Assembly: GCF_001194135.2 (NCBI RefSeq)
Contig: NC_068991.1
Location: forward strand, 52,886,718 to 52,950,717
Reading direction: 5' to 3'
DNA: 64,000 nt
Source of the DNA: Octopus bimaculoides
Lineage: Eukaryota
Numbering within the stretch: position 1 is the first letter of the stretch; each line of letters opens with the position of its first letter. This document shows positions 1 to 11,500 of the stretch, one piece after another. The notes under the pieces were generated by a model. The model was not told the DNA's origin. It worked only from the letters and a program-made list of their open reading frames with translations, and searched no databases. Made by a program: the position numbers and the translations under genes.

Positions 1-383
1 ATACGGCAGACTCTCTTTCTCCCATTCATTCTCTTTATTAAGCAATCTATCGTAGTGGCTTCTCCAGACCTCTTTCCTTGCAGCCTCATTTACAGCAAGC
101 GTACCATCATCCATGCGAACACATTTCTCTCCTACACTGTCTTGCGACACGAAATACCTCAAGTCTTTGGTCCTCACGGTGCAGAACATTGGCAAATCTT
201 TTATCTGCCTCCTCTCTGGCTAGATAAACCTGTCGCCTAGCTTCCCTTCTTGCAGATTGGTACAATTCCCTGCTACCACCGTTCTTCCAGTCCTTCCAAG
301 CCTGTTTCTTTTGTCTAATAGCCCTGTCTACCTCATCGCAATCCTGGTTTAGGACTAATGTTGCTGTAATTTAGCCCCATATT

Positions 384-1311
384 TTAATATGTAGTAGGAC
401 CACCTTTGGCAGTAATTACAGCTTGAATTCTACGAGGTATGGACTCGTACAAAGTTTGAATTGTTTCCAAAGGAATTTTTCTCTAATCTTCAGCTAAAAC
501 AGTCTCCAGTTCTTGCAGTAATGATGGCAGAGGATATCGACTCCTTACTTGTTTTTCTAAAATGCACCATAAATGTTCAATAATGTTGAGATCTGGGGAC
601 TGTGTTGGCCAGATAAGATGTTCAACTTCACTAGAATGTTCCTTGTGCCATTCAGTAAGGGAAAGGATGACTCGTCTGAGAAAATAACATTCTTCCACTG
701 CTCTAGGGACCAATTCTGAAGATTTTTACTCCACTCTAAATGCTTTGCAATGTTTGTTTTTGAAAGTAGTGGTTTTCTGATTGCAGCCCTCTCGTGAAAT
801 CCAGCTTTGTGCAGCTCCCTGCAAATAGTTTTTGTGGAAACTGGGTTCTCAAGGTGGTCATTAAGCTCTGCAGTAATTTTGGAAGCTGTACTTTTGTGAT
901 CCTTTCTAACAATTTGCGTAAGAGTCCAACAGTCCCTATCTGAAAGTTTTGGTTTTCTTCCAGAGTTCTGTTTTGACGAGGAGGTTTTCCCCCTCTTTCT
1001 CAAAAGCTGTCATTACTTTCAAGACAGTACTTCTTGATACACCAAACATTTCAGCTGTTTTTATTACTCTAGTACCTGCCATACGAGCATCAACAATTTG
1101 ACCTCTTTGGAAGTCCGATAGATCTGTCATTTTAATGAATTTTAATTACCTTTTTCTGATTATATCTGAATAGAAACAGCAATTTTAGCAAAACATATTA
1201 AGCAACACTAATAATAAATCAAAAAACATAAAAATAAACAAGCTTTTGACGGTTTTATAGATATTTGAAAATTATGATGCTAGGTGTTTCCATTATTTTG
1301 TCCAACCCCTG
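384..1311 (-). mobile_element. Tc1-family DNA transposon, internally deleted and frameshifted; 5' TIR present, 3' TIR missing
   Basis: The TIR reads CAGGGGTTGGACAAAATAATGGAAACACCT on the minus strand from 1311, next to TA at 1312-1313. Transposase pieces: MTDLSDFQRGQIV (HTH), NVIFSDESSF (first D), WPTQSPDLNIIEHLW (E motif) and C-terminal PRRIQAVITAKGGPTTY* with stop at 384-386. The middle D region is absent. Confidence 0.93.
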
Positions 1312-2199
1312 TACATGTACACAGCTGTAAGTACACATGTAAGTACATACATATGTACATATACACACACATACACATGCATAAAACCATACCCTTACAT
1401 AGTTATGTACACATGGGCAAAAATTCTAAATAGATTAATAGCATTCATATAATTTAATAAAAATTAATAATATATTAAAGTTTGTAACAGTCACATGTTG
1501 ACCTGGTGTAGCAGGAGACCAAAATCTGAGAATGAATTTGATGGTATGTTGACAGCTCTCAAAAGTTTCACTTTTAGCATTTAAACAGATTCTAGTGTCC
1601 AGTGATCTCTTCATAATAATTCATTTTCCTGCATTAGAGAGTTTGCAACTTTTGCTACTTTTGGGGTAGGGTTTGCATGTTTGTAGGATCTTCCAGTTGA
1701 ATGAACAAAAGCTAATTTAGAAGAAATAATTTAAGTTAATCAAAATATAAACACAAACTCAAGACTAAGAATCATAATGAAATATTGATTTTTACACTTA
1801 AAGCTCACAGCAGAGCCGTTTATGATTTCATTAAACAACAAAAAAAATGAGTTAAATAATTAGAAAAATGAAAGAGTATCAACTCTTACAAGATCAGTCA
1901 ATTTATTGGTTCCTCAGTTTTGAATTTGAGAGAAGAACAAGTAATCTCTGAGAATATATTTATTTTTTTCTTTTTGAGGTTCAGATTTACTGAATTCCAA
2001 ATACCAATATATTCTAAGTGTCTTGTAAACTTGTTCCCTCCTTTTTTACTGTAGAAAGCATCTGTTGTTCTCATCTTCTTCAAAAAGTATAAAACATGAT
2101 TTAAGACTATTTATATAAGAATTGAATAAAACAAATATTTTTGAGAAATACAAAATAATTTATTAATAAATAAAAATGATTTACATAAAGTCTTGTCAG

Positions 2200-2430
2200 A
2201 TGTCTGTCAGTTGTTGTTACATGTTGTGAAACATTGTTACACATGCTCCACATTGTCACATGCTGTTACACATTTTGTTACATATTGTTACACACATTGT
2301 TAGACGTGACAGTGATACACATTGTTGAATACATGTTGCACTTCATTACACATTGTCATTACACATGTTATACACTGTTCATTGTTACATGCTGTCACAC
2401 ATTGTGGAACATGTTATTATACATTCTGTG
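2200..2430. repeat. Degenerate ~10-bp tandem repeat (TTGTTACACA-like) abutting and overlapping the CCDC134 stop codon
   Basis: Recurrent ttgttacaca / cattgtcaca / tgttatacac units are visible directly. Confidence 0.7.
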
Positions 2431-2491
2431 AAAGTTTTGGTCCTTTTTTTGGTTTTTTCTTAGTTTTAACAACTTCTTTTGGAAGACTTGC
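2417..2491 (-). CDS. CCDC134: CCDC134 coding exon 6 (terminal): ASLPKEVVKTKKKPKKGPKLSQNV*
   Basis: Poly-T acceptor TTTTTTTTCCATAG, phase 0 matching exon 5. The Lys-rich KKGPKLS matches the vertebrate CCDC134 tail RKGPRIS. Tandem TAA TAA stops; AATAAA on the minus strand at 2159-2164. Confidence 0.85.
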   Translation of the reverse strand, partial: ASLPKEVVKTKKKPKKGPKLSQNV

Positions 2492-2542
2492 CTATGGAAA
2501 AAAAAAAAAGAATTTTCAATCAAGTAAACCAATATTTTTATA

Positions 2543-2590
<48 letters not shown>

Positions 2591-2958
2591 CATGGGTTGG
2601 CTATACTTTAATGAGAAAAAGATTTTAAAGTTGAAAAATATCTGTTTACAAAATATTAGATATATAGATTATACACTAAAGAATCCATTAACATACTCCA
2701 TATGAGTAGAAAAATATCATTAAATATATCGGATGCTTTAATATGTTAATAATTGAAACATCAATTCCAATCTTTCATCTCCGATATATTTTAGAGTAGC
2801 TGTAAATGCATCATTTTTCTGTGAGATTTGTAGTGTATTTAACCTTCATTTTAGAACTTATTTTAGTTATCTGAACAAATTTTTATTGCAACATAGGATA
2901 CCTGGTCCAAGTATGAAGTCTTAATATCTCTTAAATAATTTTAAAAAATTTTCAAATA

Positions 2959-3045
2959 ATCCCTGATGAAAGAAATGAATATATTCAAGATGGGCACAAA
3001 TAGTTCACCCAATCTGAAATACCTTTCCTGAAACGGTTGTAGGAT
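2959..3045 (+). ncRNA. Type I hammerhead ribozyme motif with extended stem II (Penelope-terminus or retrozyme-like)
   Basis: ATCC-CTGATGA (2963-2969) ... GAAAC-GGTT-GTA-GGAT (3030-3045). Stem I ATCC/GGAT, cleavage triplet GUA, and an imperfect long hairpin between the core halves. Confidence 0.7.
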
Positions 3046-3727
3046 ATGTATGAATTTGATCTCTGGACTTAAGTATTTGCTTTGTTGAGTTACCCATACA
3101 TCTTTTTAATATTTTCGATTTTGCAATGCATTGACCATGTACATTTAACCTTCAACCTTTTTATGTTTTAGAATGGATTTACAATTTCATGCTATCTCAT
3201 ACAGATATATATTTTATATTTATATATATATTTGGCACCTGTACCAGTGGAGCACTAAAAAGTAAAATTAAAATAAGGTGAAAATATGTGAATTCACACA
3301 ATAAAGAAAATTCTAATGAAAAATAATTTTAAAAAGTCCAACAAACCAAACTATTTTGCTAATAGAATCACTTTGAGACCTGTTTTCAAAGAAATACTTT
3401 AGCAAGAGCACCACAAAGGTGTTTTGATTTGCTTTATCTCAAGAACAATTTGGAAAGAAACAAATTAATACACAGATATTTGTAAGTTTCACACACAGAA
3501 CAAATGTATTAAGAATAAAATTGAGAAGGAGTGAAACTCAGAAACATCAATTTGAAGGTCATGAAAAATATTTTAAGTAAAGAAATGAGACGGGATGGAT
3601 ATCACTGTAATTATCAAAAGGAAACTACAAAAGAAACAAATTTAATTATCATAATTATTGTTATTATTATTATAGGAAGACTTAAGGCAGTGACTCAAAA
3701 TTTGAAACCATCATTACAAGACTTATT

Positions 3728-3915
3728 GGTGGTAAAACTGGCAGAATCATTAGCATGCCAGGCAAAATTCTTTTAAATTCAAATTCCATGAAAATTGACT
3801 CTGCCTTTCATCCTTTTGAAGTTGATAAAATAAGAACCAGTTGGGCACTGGGGGTCAATGTAATTGACTTACCCCTCCCCTCGGAAACTACTAGCCCAGT
3901 GCCAAAACTTGAAGC
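3728..3915 (+). mobile_element. Octopus SINE family A (GCCTTTCATCC...GATAAAATAAGTACCAG central domain)
   Basis: The same ~200-bp unit recurs about 11 times in the window. Confidence 0.8.
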
Positions 3916-4389
3916 CATTATTACAGGAATCATACAATGATTCAGAAGAGCCTGCTCAGACTGTTTGGCCATGTTGTTTAATTTTCTGAGTTAGACCCTG
4001 CTTACTGTGTTCCCATCACTGAGTGTCCAGCTGGGTTGATGGCTCATGCTGGTCAACCACATACCATATGGCAGCTGAGGAGGTAGCTCAAGGAGATGGG
4101 GACTGACAGGGACTCTGGTCAATGGGGGTCACCTGGGAGGACCAGGAATATACCAATAAATAGTGAATGCACCAATGTGCTGCCATGGCACATGCCCTCT
4201 TGATTACAGGAAAACCTTATAATACAGAATTAGGTAATTTTCAAAAACTGAAAATGATTTAATTAAAGTGTGAAAATTACCCATTATGCAAGCTGATAAC
4301 AGCTATCAGAAGTAGGCACATAAAATCCCTTAGAGATCAGCAATTGTTCAGAACTAAATACACACTTTCAAAAATATTACAGTGACGTG

Positions 4390-4860
4390 ATGTAATGTCA
4401 TAGACAATGATAAGTGACTGAGACCTTCGAACATTGGGCAATATGCTGTGCTTGAGAAGACCCATGAAGCCAAGTGAAATTGTAGTCATGGCCAATGCCA
4501 GTGTCATGTAACTGGCACCCATGCCGGTGGCACATAAAAAGCACACTTCAAACTTTAAGCCTGACAGAGGCAGTGACAAGTGACTGAGACTTCTGGCAAT
4601 ATATCGTGCAAAAGAATACATGTCAAGCCAAGTGAGATCATAGTCATGGCTGACGCTTGTGTTTCATAACTGGCACCCATGCTGGTGGCACGTAAAAAGC
4701 ACTCACTAGTCTTGGAGTGGTTGGCATCAGGAAGGGCATCCAGCTGTTGAAATCATGCCAAATCAGATTGGAACCTTGTGCAGCACCCCAGCTTATCAGT
4801 TTTTAGTCAAACTGTCCAACCCATGCCAGCATGGAAAACGGATGTTAAATGATGATGAAT
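4390..4860 (+). mobile_element. RTE-associated SINE or LINE 3' end, family C, with (GAT)n tail and an internal duplication
   Basis: AAGGGCATCCAGC...CCCATGCCAGCATGGAAA...GATGTTAAATGATGATGA recurs at many loci. 4390-4560 is repeated at 4570-4700. Confidence 0.75.
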
Positions 4861-4934
4861 GTTTTTAACTTTAAGACACTCAACAAATTAGATAAAGTTT
4901 TAAGACAAATGGTAAAAATTAAAGAAGAATTTAC

Positions 4935-5003
4935 CTCAACTGTTTTACGGAAAGGGTTTGAATATGCTGGATCTTTGGGAATAAATTCTAATTCTTGGCT
5001 CAG
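4935..5003 (-). CDS. CCDC134: CCDC134 coding exon 5: LSQELEFIPKDPAYSNPFRKTVE
   Basis: Acceptor TTTATTTCAG, donor GAG|GTAAAT, 69 nt, phase 0-0. Aligns with human MAQELGISEKDSNFQNPF. Confidence 0.92.
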
Positions 5004-5462
5004 CTGAAATAAATTCATTTAGAAAAACAAACTATTTAAACAGTAACAGAAAAGTAATTTCATTACAATGAAGCACAAATTCCAAATATTCAACCACTTA
5101 AATTAATGATTACCACCCCTCCACCATCACCAGCTGCAAATTTGGTCCCATGTCAATGAAATAATTCATATTACTGTATTATCTTTTGTTTTCTACTTTC
5201 CTTCATATTTATCCATTTTTAAATATGTAGTTGTAACATATCATCACTGCCTCAATATATCCAGAACCTTGAGGTAGAGATGATAGACTGAGAAGTGTGG
5301 CGGGTGGACTTTGTTGCTGTAGCTTGGGTTGGACACTGGCCATAATAAATAACTGTAACATAATTAATTGTAAAAATACTTTCATTTTTGTAACTCAAAT
5401 CTCAATATAATTTCAAATCACTTTTCTGTTGTGAATTATTATTACTTAATATTATAACTCAA

Positions 5463-5866
5463 TGCTGGGTAAAATGCTTAGTAGTATTACGTCCATCTTT
5501 ATGTTCTGAGTTCAAATTCCATCAAGGTCGACTTTACCTCTCATTCTTTCAGGTTTGATAAAATAAGTACCAGTTAAGCACTGGAGTTGATATAATTAAC
5601 TTAGCCTCTTCCCTAAAACTGCTGACCTTGTGCCAAAATTTGAATCCAATATTATAACTCAATACTCAGTTGGCAAGCTGGCAGAATTGTCAATACTCTA
5701 GACAAAATGCTTAGTAGCATTTCATCTGTCTTTATGTTCTGAGTTCAAACTCTGCTGAGGTCAACTTTGCCTTTCATCCTTTTGGGGTCAATAAAATAAG
5801 ATGGGGCTGATATAATCCCCCTCCCACAAAGTTTCAGGCCTTGTACCTATGATAGAAAGGATTATT
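5463..5866 (+). mobile_element. Head-to-tail pair of SINE family A
   Basis: Two successive copies at about 5463-5650 and 5669-5866. Confidence 0.8.
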
Positions 5867-6314
5867 GTTAGTCAATTATTATTACTCAATATAGCACCAA
5901 TCAAAACCCTGAAAGATCAAAGGTCTACACCTGGTCACTGGCACAGTGTACATGATATTTAACTGGCTCTATCTACTAAACCATAAATAGGTATCATGAA
6001 GAGGTACAACTAATTATTTAGCTAGTGCTTCTACTGTAAGTAATAGTATCACTGTATAATTATGAAGCTGTCATGAGTTTTTAGTGTTGAAGATTAAGTC
6101 CTCCAATGGATCTATGCTTTAGGAGAAGCATTTGCACTGGGATTCTGTAGATTCAGGATGAGCAATAGTCTATGAGTAGAATTTGGGAGATGGAAACTGT
6201 GCAGAAGCCCATCATAAACAAACACACATACTCGTATAACAGACATATACAATAAAGAAGTTACAGTAACTGAGTGGCCAATTTGAAATTAAAAGTAAAG
6301 AAAGAAATACATAC

Positions 6315-6493
6315 TACTGCTAACATTTTCTGATGTACATCATCATAAATTTTACTTTTTTGACAAAATACTATACACCAAGCTATGCATATTCTCCATG
6401 GATCATTTTTGTCAAAAAGATCATGAGCAACATCTGGTAACTTGAGCATCAAATCACTAAATAATGCAGTTTTTTCAAGAATTTGGGAGAGAG
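6315..6493 (-). CDS. CCDC134: CCDC134 coding exon 4: (S)LSQILEKTALFSDLMLKLPD...WRICIAWCIVFCQKSKIYDDVHQKMLAV
   Basis: Acceptor TTTTTTTCTTTCAG, donor GTA|GTATGT, 179 nt, phase 1-0. Matches the conserved core of human CCDC134 ([20 protein letters not shown]...WNLLIRWGISFC). Confidence 0.95.
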
Positions 6494-6637
6494 CTGAAAG
6501 AAAAAAATAAATAAATAAAATGTAAGTCAGACAATATTTTCTTTTTTTTTTTTTGCCTGGTGTAAAAACACTTTGAAAATATTTTGAGTTATTTAGAGAA
6601 AGAGACCAATGTTTTCAAATTTTTCTATATTTGATAC

Positions 6638-6985
6638 AAGCACAGCTGTGTGGGTTAAGAAGCTTGCTTTAAAAATATGAGGTTTCAAGTTCAGTCTCAC
6701 TGCATGGCACCTTGAGCATGTGTCTTCTGCTCTAGCCCTGGCTGACCAATGCCTTGTGAAAGAATTTGATAGATGGAACAGAAACTGTGAAAGCCTGTTG
6801 TGTGCGTGTGTGTGTGTGTGTGTAATAATCAGTGTTAGTCTATTTATGTCCCCATAACTTAGCAGTTTAGCAAAAGGTTCTGATCAAATAAGTACCAGAC
6901 TTCAAAAAAAAAAAGTACTGTAGTCATGTTGACTAAACACTTCAAAGCAGTGCCCCAGCATGGCCGCAGTCCACTGACTAAAACA
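6638..6985 (+). mobile_element. Octopus tRNA-headed SINE family B (CORE-like CTTGGGCAAGTGTCTTC segment, internal GT tract)
   Basis: The head GCTGTGTGG.TAAGAAGCTTGCTT and tail CAGCATGGCCGCAGTC..TGACTGAAAC recur more than 10 times in the window. Confidence 0.8.
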
Positions 6986-7389
6986 AGCAGAAAGTAAAAG
7001 ATTTCTTTTGTGTTATATAAGAAATATTTAAAATTATATTCGGAAGAAATAGCATACTTCTCACACGAGTTTAAAGCTCTTCAACAAAGAAACTATTCAA
7101 AACCTTTGTATCTGATATATTCAACAACCTAACTATTGTCAGCTAAGGTGAAAAACATGCGGGAAAACACAGTAGAGAGAGAGAGAGAGAGAAAACTGGC
7201 TGCATGGTGGGGTGGGTAGACAAGCATAGTGCATGATGAGATGTAGTTTGGTCTATATGGGGTGGGGAATTAAAGCAATGTGTGGGTGGAAAGCACATAA
7301 TACACAGTGCTTCCAGAACTCAGTTTCACTGAGATGGGCCTGCATCTCATCTAGTCTAATTCTGTTCCTAATCAACTGAGCTATAACTT

Positions 7390-8075
7390 TCTCTCCCTCA
7401 GTAATTTTCATGATCTGTTCCAGCAGTTTGATACCTCTGTAATAGTTTCTATCTAAGGTATCTCCTTTCTCTCATAGCATTTGACTAAAATACTGCTACA
7501 CCAGTCATTTGGTGCATCACTTTCTTGTATCACCCGATTGACTATATTGATGACAAGTCCATATCCTACTCCACCAGATATTTTAAGCATCTCAGTGGTG
7601 ATTCCTGATGGTCCAGGGGCTTTCCTTGTCTTCATATCCTTAATTATCATACTGGTGTTAACTCTGGTGGCTGGTCTCTCAGTCGGGTCAATATTAGGAA
7701 GACTCTCCTCGCATGCATTCTCCACATTTAGTAATCTTTCATAGTGGAACTTCCATGCATCTTTCTTCTCTGAATCACTAAGTGCAAGCATACAATTATC
7801 CAATCACATACATTCCTCACCCACAGTGTTTTCTCTCTGATACACTGCAATCCAGAACACATCATACCTCTGACCCTCACATTGTAAAACATTGAAAAAT
7901 CTCTTATTTTCTCCTTCACCCTTCACTATGTTGACGTGTTTGCCTAGTTTCCCTTCTTAGCTGATAGATATTCTCTGCCATCACCATTTTCCCAGTCTTT
8001 CTTGGCCTGTCTCTTTGCTTTTATAGCACTGTCTACCTCCTTGTTCTTCAGCCTGGCCAGGACTTTGCACTAGGC
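7390..8075 (-). mobile_element. RTE-clade LINE fragment (linker and RT N-terminus)
   Basis: The ORF-track peptide KDAWKFHYERLLNVENA...MKTRKAPGPSGITTEMLK...DWCSS continues into GDTLDRNYYRGIKLL. Confidence 0.85.
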
Positions 8076-8640
8076 TTCTAGTTCAGTTCTATATTTAAGA
8101 GATGAGGAATTATTTACATTGTTTACATTTGACAGATATTTGTCCCCATCTTGTTTGCTGTTAACGTAATGTTTCAGCTGATATACCATCCAGCCTTCAT
8201 CAGGTGTCTTGGGGAAATTTCGAACGTGGGTTCTCATTCCTAAGGTATTTTTCAATGTTTAATATTGGTTCCCATATGCTACTCATATCTGCACTCAGTT
8301 TGCTTAGGCGGTTGTTGTGTCCTAGCATATGTGCTGTCTCTTTTAGTTTTCGTATTTTCCAGTGGTGTTCTCTGTCTATTATTTTAACTTCATCCCACAG
8401 GGGGAGGCGGTCTCCATACATGATCAGCTATACCTGATTTATCAATATCTCTTCGTGTCACAGCTTTGTGATGTTTGTCTACTTTTATTTTGAGGGGGCG
8501 ACATGTTTCGCCTTTGTATAACCTATCACAGCTGCATGGGATGGATTATACGCAGTCTTAGGTCATATTTTCTTCTATTGGTGGTTTTACTCGTAGATAT
8601 TGCAGTCACCAGCAACAATGACCAAGTCTCTGTCATTTTT
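8075..8640 (-). mobile_element. Penelope-like element 3' end: GIY-YIG endonuclease remnant plus terminal repeat
   Basis: Minus-strand LYKGETCRPLKIKVDKHHKAVTRRDIDKSGIADHVW, then VKIIDREHHWKIRKLKE...SSIWEPIL, followed by a hammerhead-bearing tail. Confidence 0.85.
8164..8207 (-). ncRNA. Minimal hammerhead ribozyme motif, degenerate
   Basis: ACAC-CTGATGA-A-GGCTG-loop-CAGCT-GAAAC-ATT-ACGT. Core and stem II are intact, but stems III and I are mismatched. Confidence 0.65.
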
Positions 8641-9139
8641 TATTGAGGTAGTCTCACTGGTCCTTCCTTTCATTGTGCTAACTATTGATTGTGGCAGGCC
8701 TGAAATTGTAGACTAGGAACAAAGAGTGAGAAGACAGTCATGGAACTATTGTCACCTGAAAAGAAGACTTGTGCAAACACTTGCTAGTTGGCAGAGGGCT
8801 CTGTTATGTAGTTAACATACTCAATGAATTACAATTTCCTCAATACCATGCACCATCTAGAGTAAGCACTGAAAAGGAGAAGGGGAATGGACTAGGGCTT
8901 CAGGTTAATCAGAAGAGAGAACAGGGTGGGTGCCTAAATATCTATAAGGCCTAAATATCTATATACATCATCAAACCCACATCCATACATTCCAGAAAGA
9001 TTTAACTATCTATATACATAACCAAACTGACATATATACATCCCACATATATATATGTATTCACATGTATATGCAATAGATGTGTGCTGCTCTCATACCT
9101 ATATATGCATGAAAAAAAAAAAATATATATATATATATA

Positions 9140-10785
9140 TATATCCTTGTAAAAAGCAATGTTTGTTTGTATGTTGATCGCTGAAAACACTAAGTAAAAT
9201 TGATAATATTTCAGGTTTTTCTTGTCATTTAAATTAATTTCACAATTCTGCAGATAACTGTGCACTTATTTTCTGAAATGGATTGGGAGTGGGTGGGGGG
9301 TGTATACTGGCGCCTATTTCTAGCAATCCACATACTGTCTATTTCACTGTAATGTCTATATAACCTTATAAAAAGCAAAGTTTGTTTATTTGTATGCTGA
9401 CTGCTGAAAACACTAAATAAAACTGAAAATATTTCAGGTTTTTCATGTCATTTAAATTAATTTGACCATTCCACAGATAACTGTGCACTTATTTTCCAAA
9501 AACGGAATGGGGTAAGTTGGTGGTGTATTGGTTCCTATTTCTAGCAATCCACATACTATTTCACTGTAATGCTTTTTACAGAGTGAAAAAATACTCCACC
9601 CATCACTCAATCCACCTCCAGCTTTACATTTATCCCTTTGAAGTTGCCACCAGATCTCCGCTTTCTCTCTCTTTATATGTTCCTTCTATGTCTCCATCTC
9701 TCTCACTGGTTGTATATATGTCTCTTTCTTCTCATTACATCTACCCCTACCTCTTTTTCTCTCTAGAGAAAAAACATGAGACAAAAAGAGAAAGGGGAAA
9801 ACAAGTCACACACCATATCTCTGATTTCTTCCTGTCTATATACCCCTCTCTATGTCTCTATCTCTCTTACTATCTCCCTCTCTTTCTCTCTTGCTTTCTG
9901 GTTGTATATGTGTCTCTCTCTCTCTCGCTCTCTGGTTGTATATGTCTCTCTCTCTCACTACCTCTAACTCTTTTTTCTCGAGAAAAAATACATGAGACAG
10001 ATAGAAAGGGGGTTAGGGAGAAAAAAACAAGTGAGACAGAAGGGGGCGGTGGAGGTAGCCACATTGATAAATCTATTAATAAAGTTGTCAACAAGGAGAA
10101 TGCTGTTCCTTATCTTACTGAATACCTCAACAGACTGTAACTGTTTGGTATGCTGCTACACAACCTTGAATTGAAGAAGGGTAGTCATCATGCTTCTCTG
10201 AAACCTGGATCAGTCAAGATTGTGCAATGGTACATGTATGATTGTGACTGAACTACAGCCTCACATTATCAAAGCAAAAATCCTCACTGGGTGTGGTAAG
10301 GGAGATATTGTATTTATACCTAGAATACCACTAATACCAACAGATATCCCGCTTCATTTCAAACAATTGCAATTTCCAGTGAGAGTCAGTTACGCATTGA
10401 CCATTATCAAGTCCCAAAGTCAAACACTGCAGGTTGTCAGTCTCCAGCTAGAAGAGGGCTGTTTCTCACCTGGCCAATTGTAGGTTGTTTCAGAGTATGA
10501 GGCCCATAGAAACTCTTCATATATGCTCCAAAGAAAAAAGTTAAAAACATAGTATATACTGACGTTCTGTAAATGTTTTATAATTTTCATACAATGCATT
10601 TCTCTATTATTATCTATATTACTTTCTGTATTTAGATATTCTAAATAAATTTGTAAAATTTTGTTATGCAATATTTAAATACTTTTATTGTAAGGAAAAT
10701 AGGCATTATGATAGATGCCAATATGTGCCTTATAAATACATTTCAATACCATACAGACTGGGCTGAAGGCCAGGAGGCCCACTAA
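9140..10785 (+). mobile_element. Non-autonomous Helitron with a duplicated 5' end and a PIF1-type helicase C-terminal remnant
   Basis: ~215-bp direct repeat (9146-9354 and 9355-9570), the second unit starting TCTATA...ATAAAAAGC. Peptide CNGTCMIVTELQPHIIKAKILTG...IPRIPLIP...LQFPVRVSYALTIIKSQSQTL...GQL at 10220-10483. 3' hairpin CTGGGCTGAAGGCCAG, then CTAA (CTRR) at 10782-10785 followed by T. Confidence 0.85.
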
Positions 10786-10805
10786 TATATATATATATAT
10801 ATATA

Positions 10806-11500
10806 TTGGGTCATCCCATTAATAGTGTGGTTTTTTCAATTGCATGAACTAAAAGTTGGAGGGGGACAGGATAAATAACCTGCATCAACTTGCTATAAAA
10901 GCAGGTAGCAATTTTATCTTGTACTTATTCTTAGTGCAAGTTTTGAAAAGTGCAGTTTGATTTTAAATTATTTTTTCAAAGCTATAATAGAAGTGATAAA
11001 GGAGCATATTTGGCATATTTTGCATTATGAGTTCTATAAAGGCAACAATGCAATGGAAAGTGCAAGGAATATTAATGCAGTATATGGGGATCGGACGATA
11101 AGCGCAAGCTAGTGTTAACGCTGGTTCCAGAAATTCCGAGCCAGAAACTACAGCCTAGAAGATAAGCCTCATCCTGCAAACTCCGGTGGAAAATAATTCA
11201 ATTGTAACTATTCAGGAACTAGCAGAGAAGCTCAATGTTAAGAACAATCATTATCTACACAGCTAATTTAGATCAACAAAGACAAGGGAGACAAATATGG
11301 TATGCCACGTGTTTGAGGTTTAGTAATAAAGAGACAATTTTTAGATATATTTCAGTATTCTTACACTTCATCAGAGAAATGCAGTCTGATGCTGACTACA
11401 AGATCATAGAATAATGAGAAAGATGTTTTTGTGAATGAACAGTGAGTGCTATAAGAACTTAAGCATGACACAAGAATGCATGTTGCATGGAAACTTAACA
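10806..11500 (+). mobile_element. Mariner transposon 5' fragment, degraded
   Basis: TA then TTGGGTCATCCCAT. From 10987 it reads IEVIKEHIWHILHYEFYKGNNAMESARNINAVYG...RWFQKFRARNYSLED, with the start codon mutated and stops present. The 3' boundary is approximate. Confidence 0.8.

Noticed and set aside
1613-1711. Candidate minus-strand exon AFVHSTGRSYKHANPTPKVAKVANSLMQENELL*, and the ORF at 1898-2083
   Set aside because: Both lie downstream of the KKGPKLS terminal exon, show no CCDC134 similarity and are not needed for the frame. They are probably 3' UTR or flank.
3235-3260. Possible microexon (good acceptor followed by 10 or 16 nt)
   Set aside because: The donors are weak (GTACAG, GTGCCA) and either length would frameshift the last exon.
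11340-11380. CTGATGA...GAAATATATC on the minus strand; similar partial cores at 39509-39530 and 58690-58740
   Set aside because: Stem I does not pair or GAAAC is missing, so these are most likely chance. The first lies in mariner remnant sequence.
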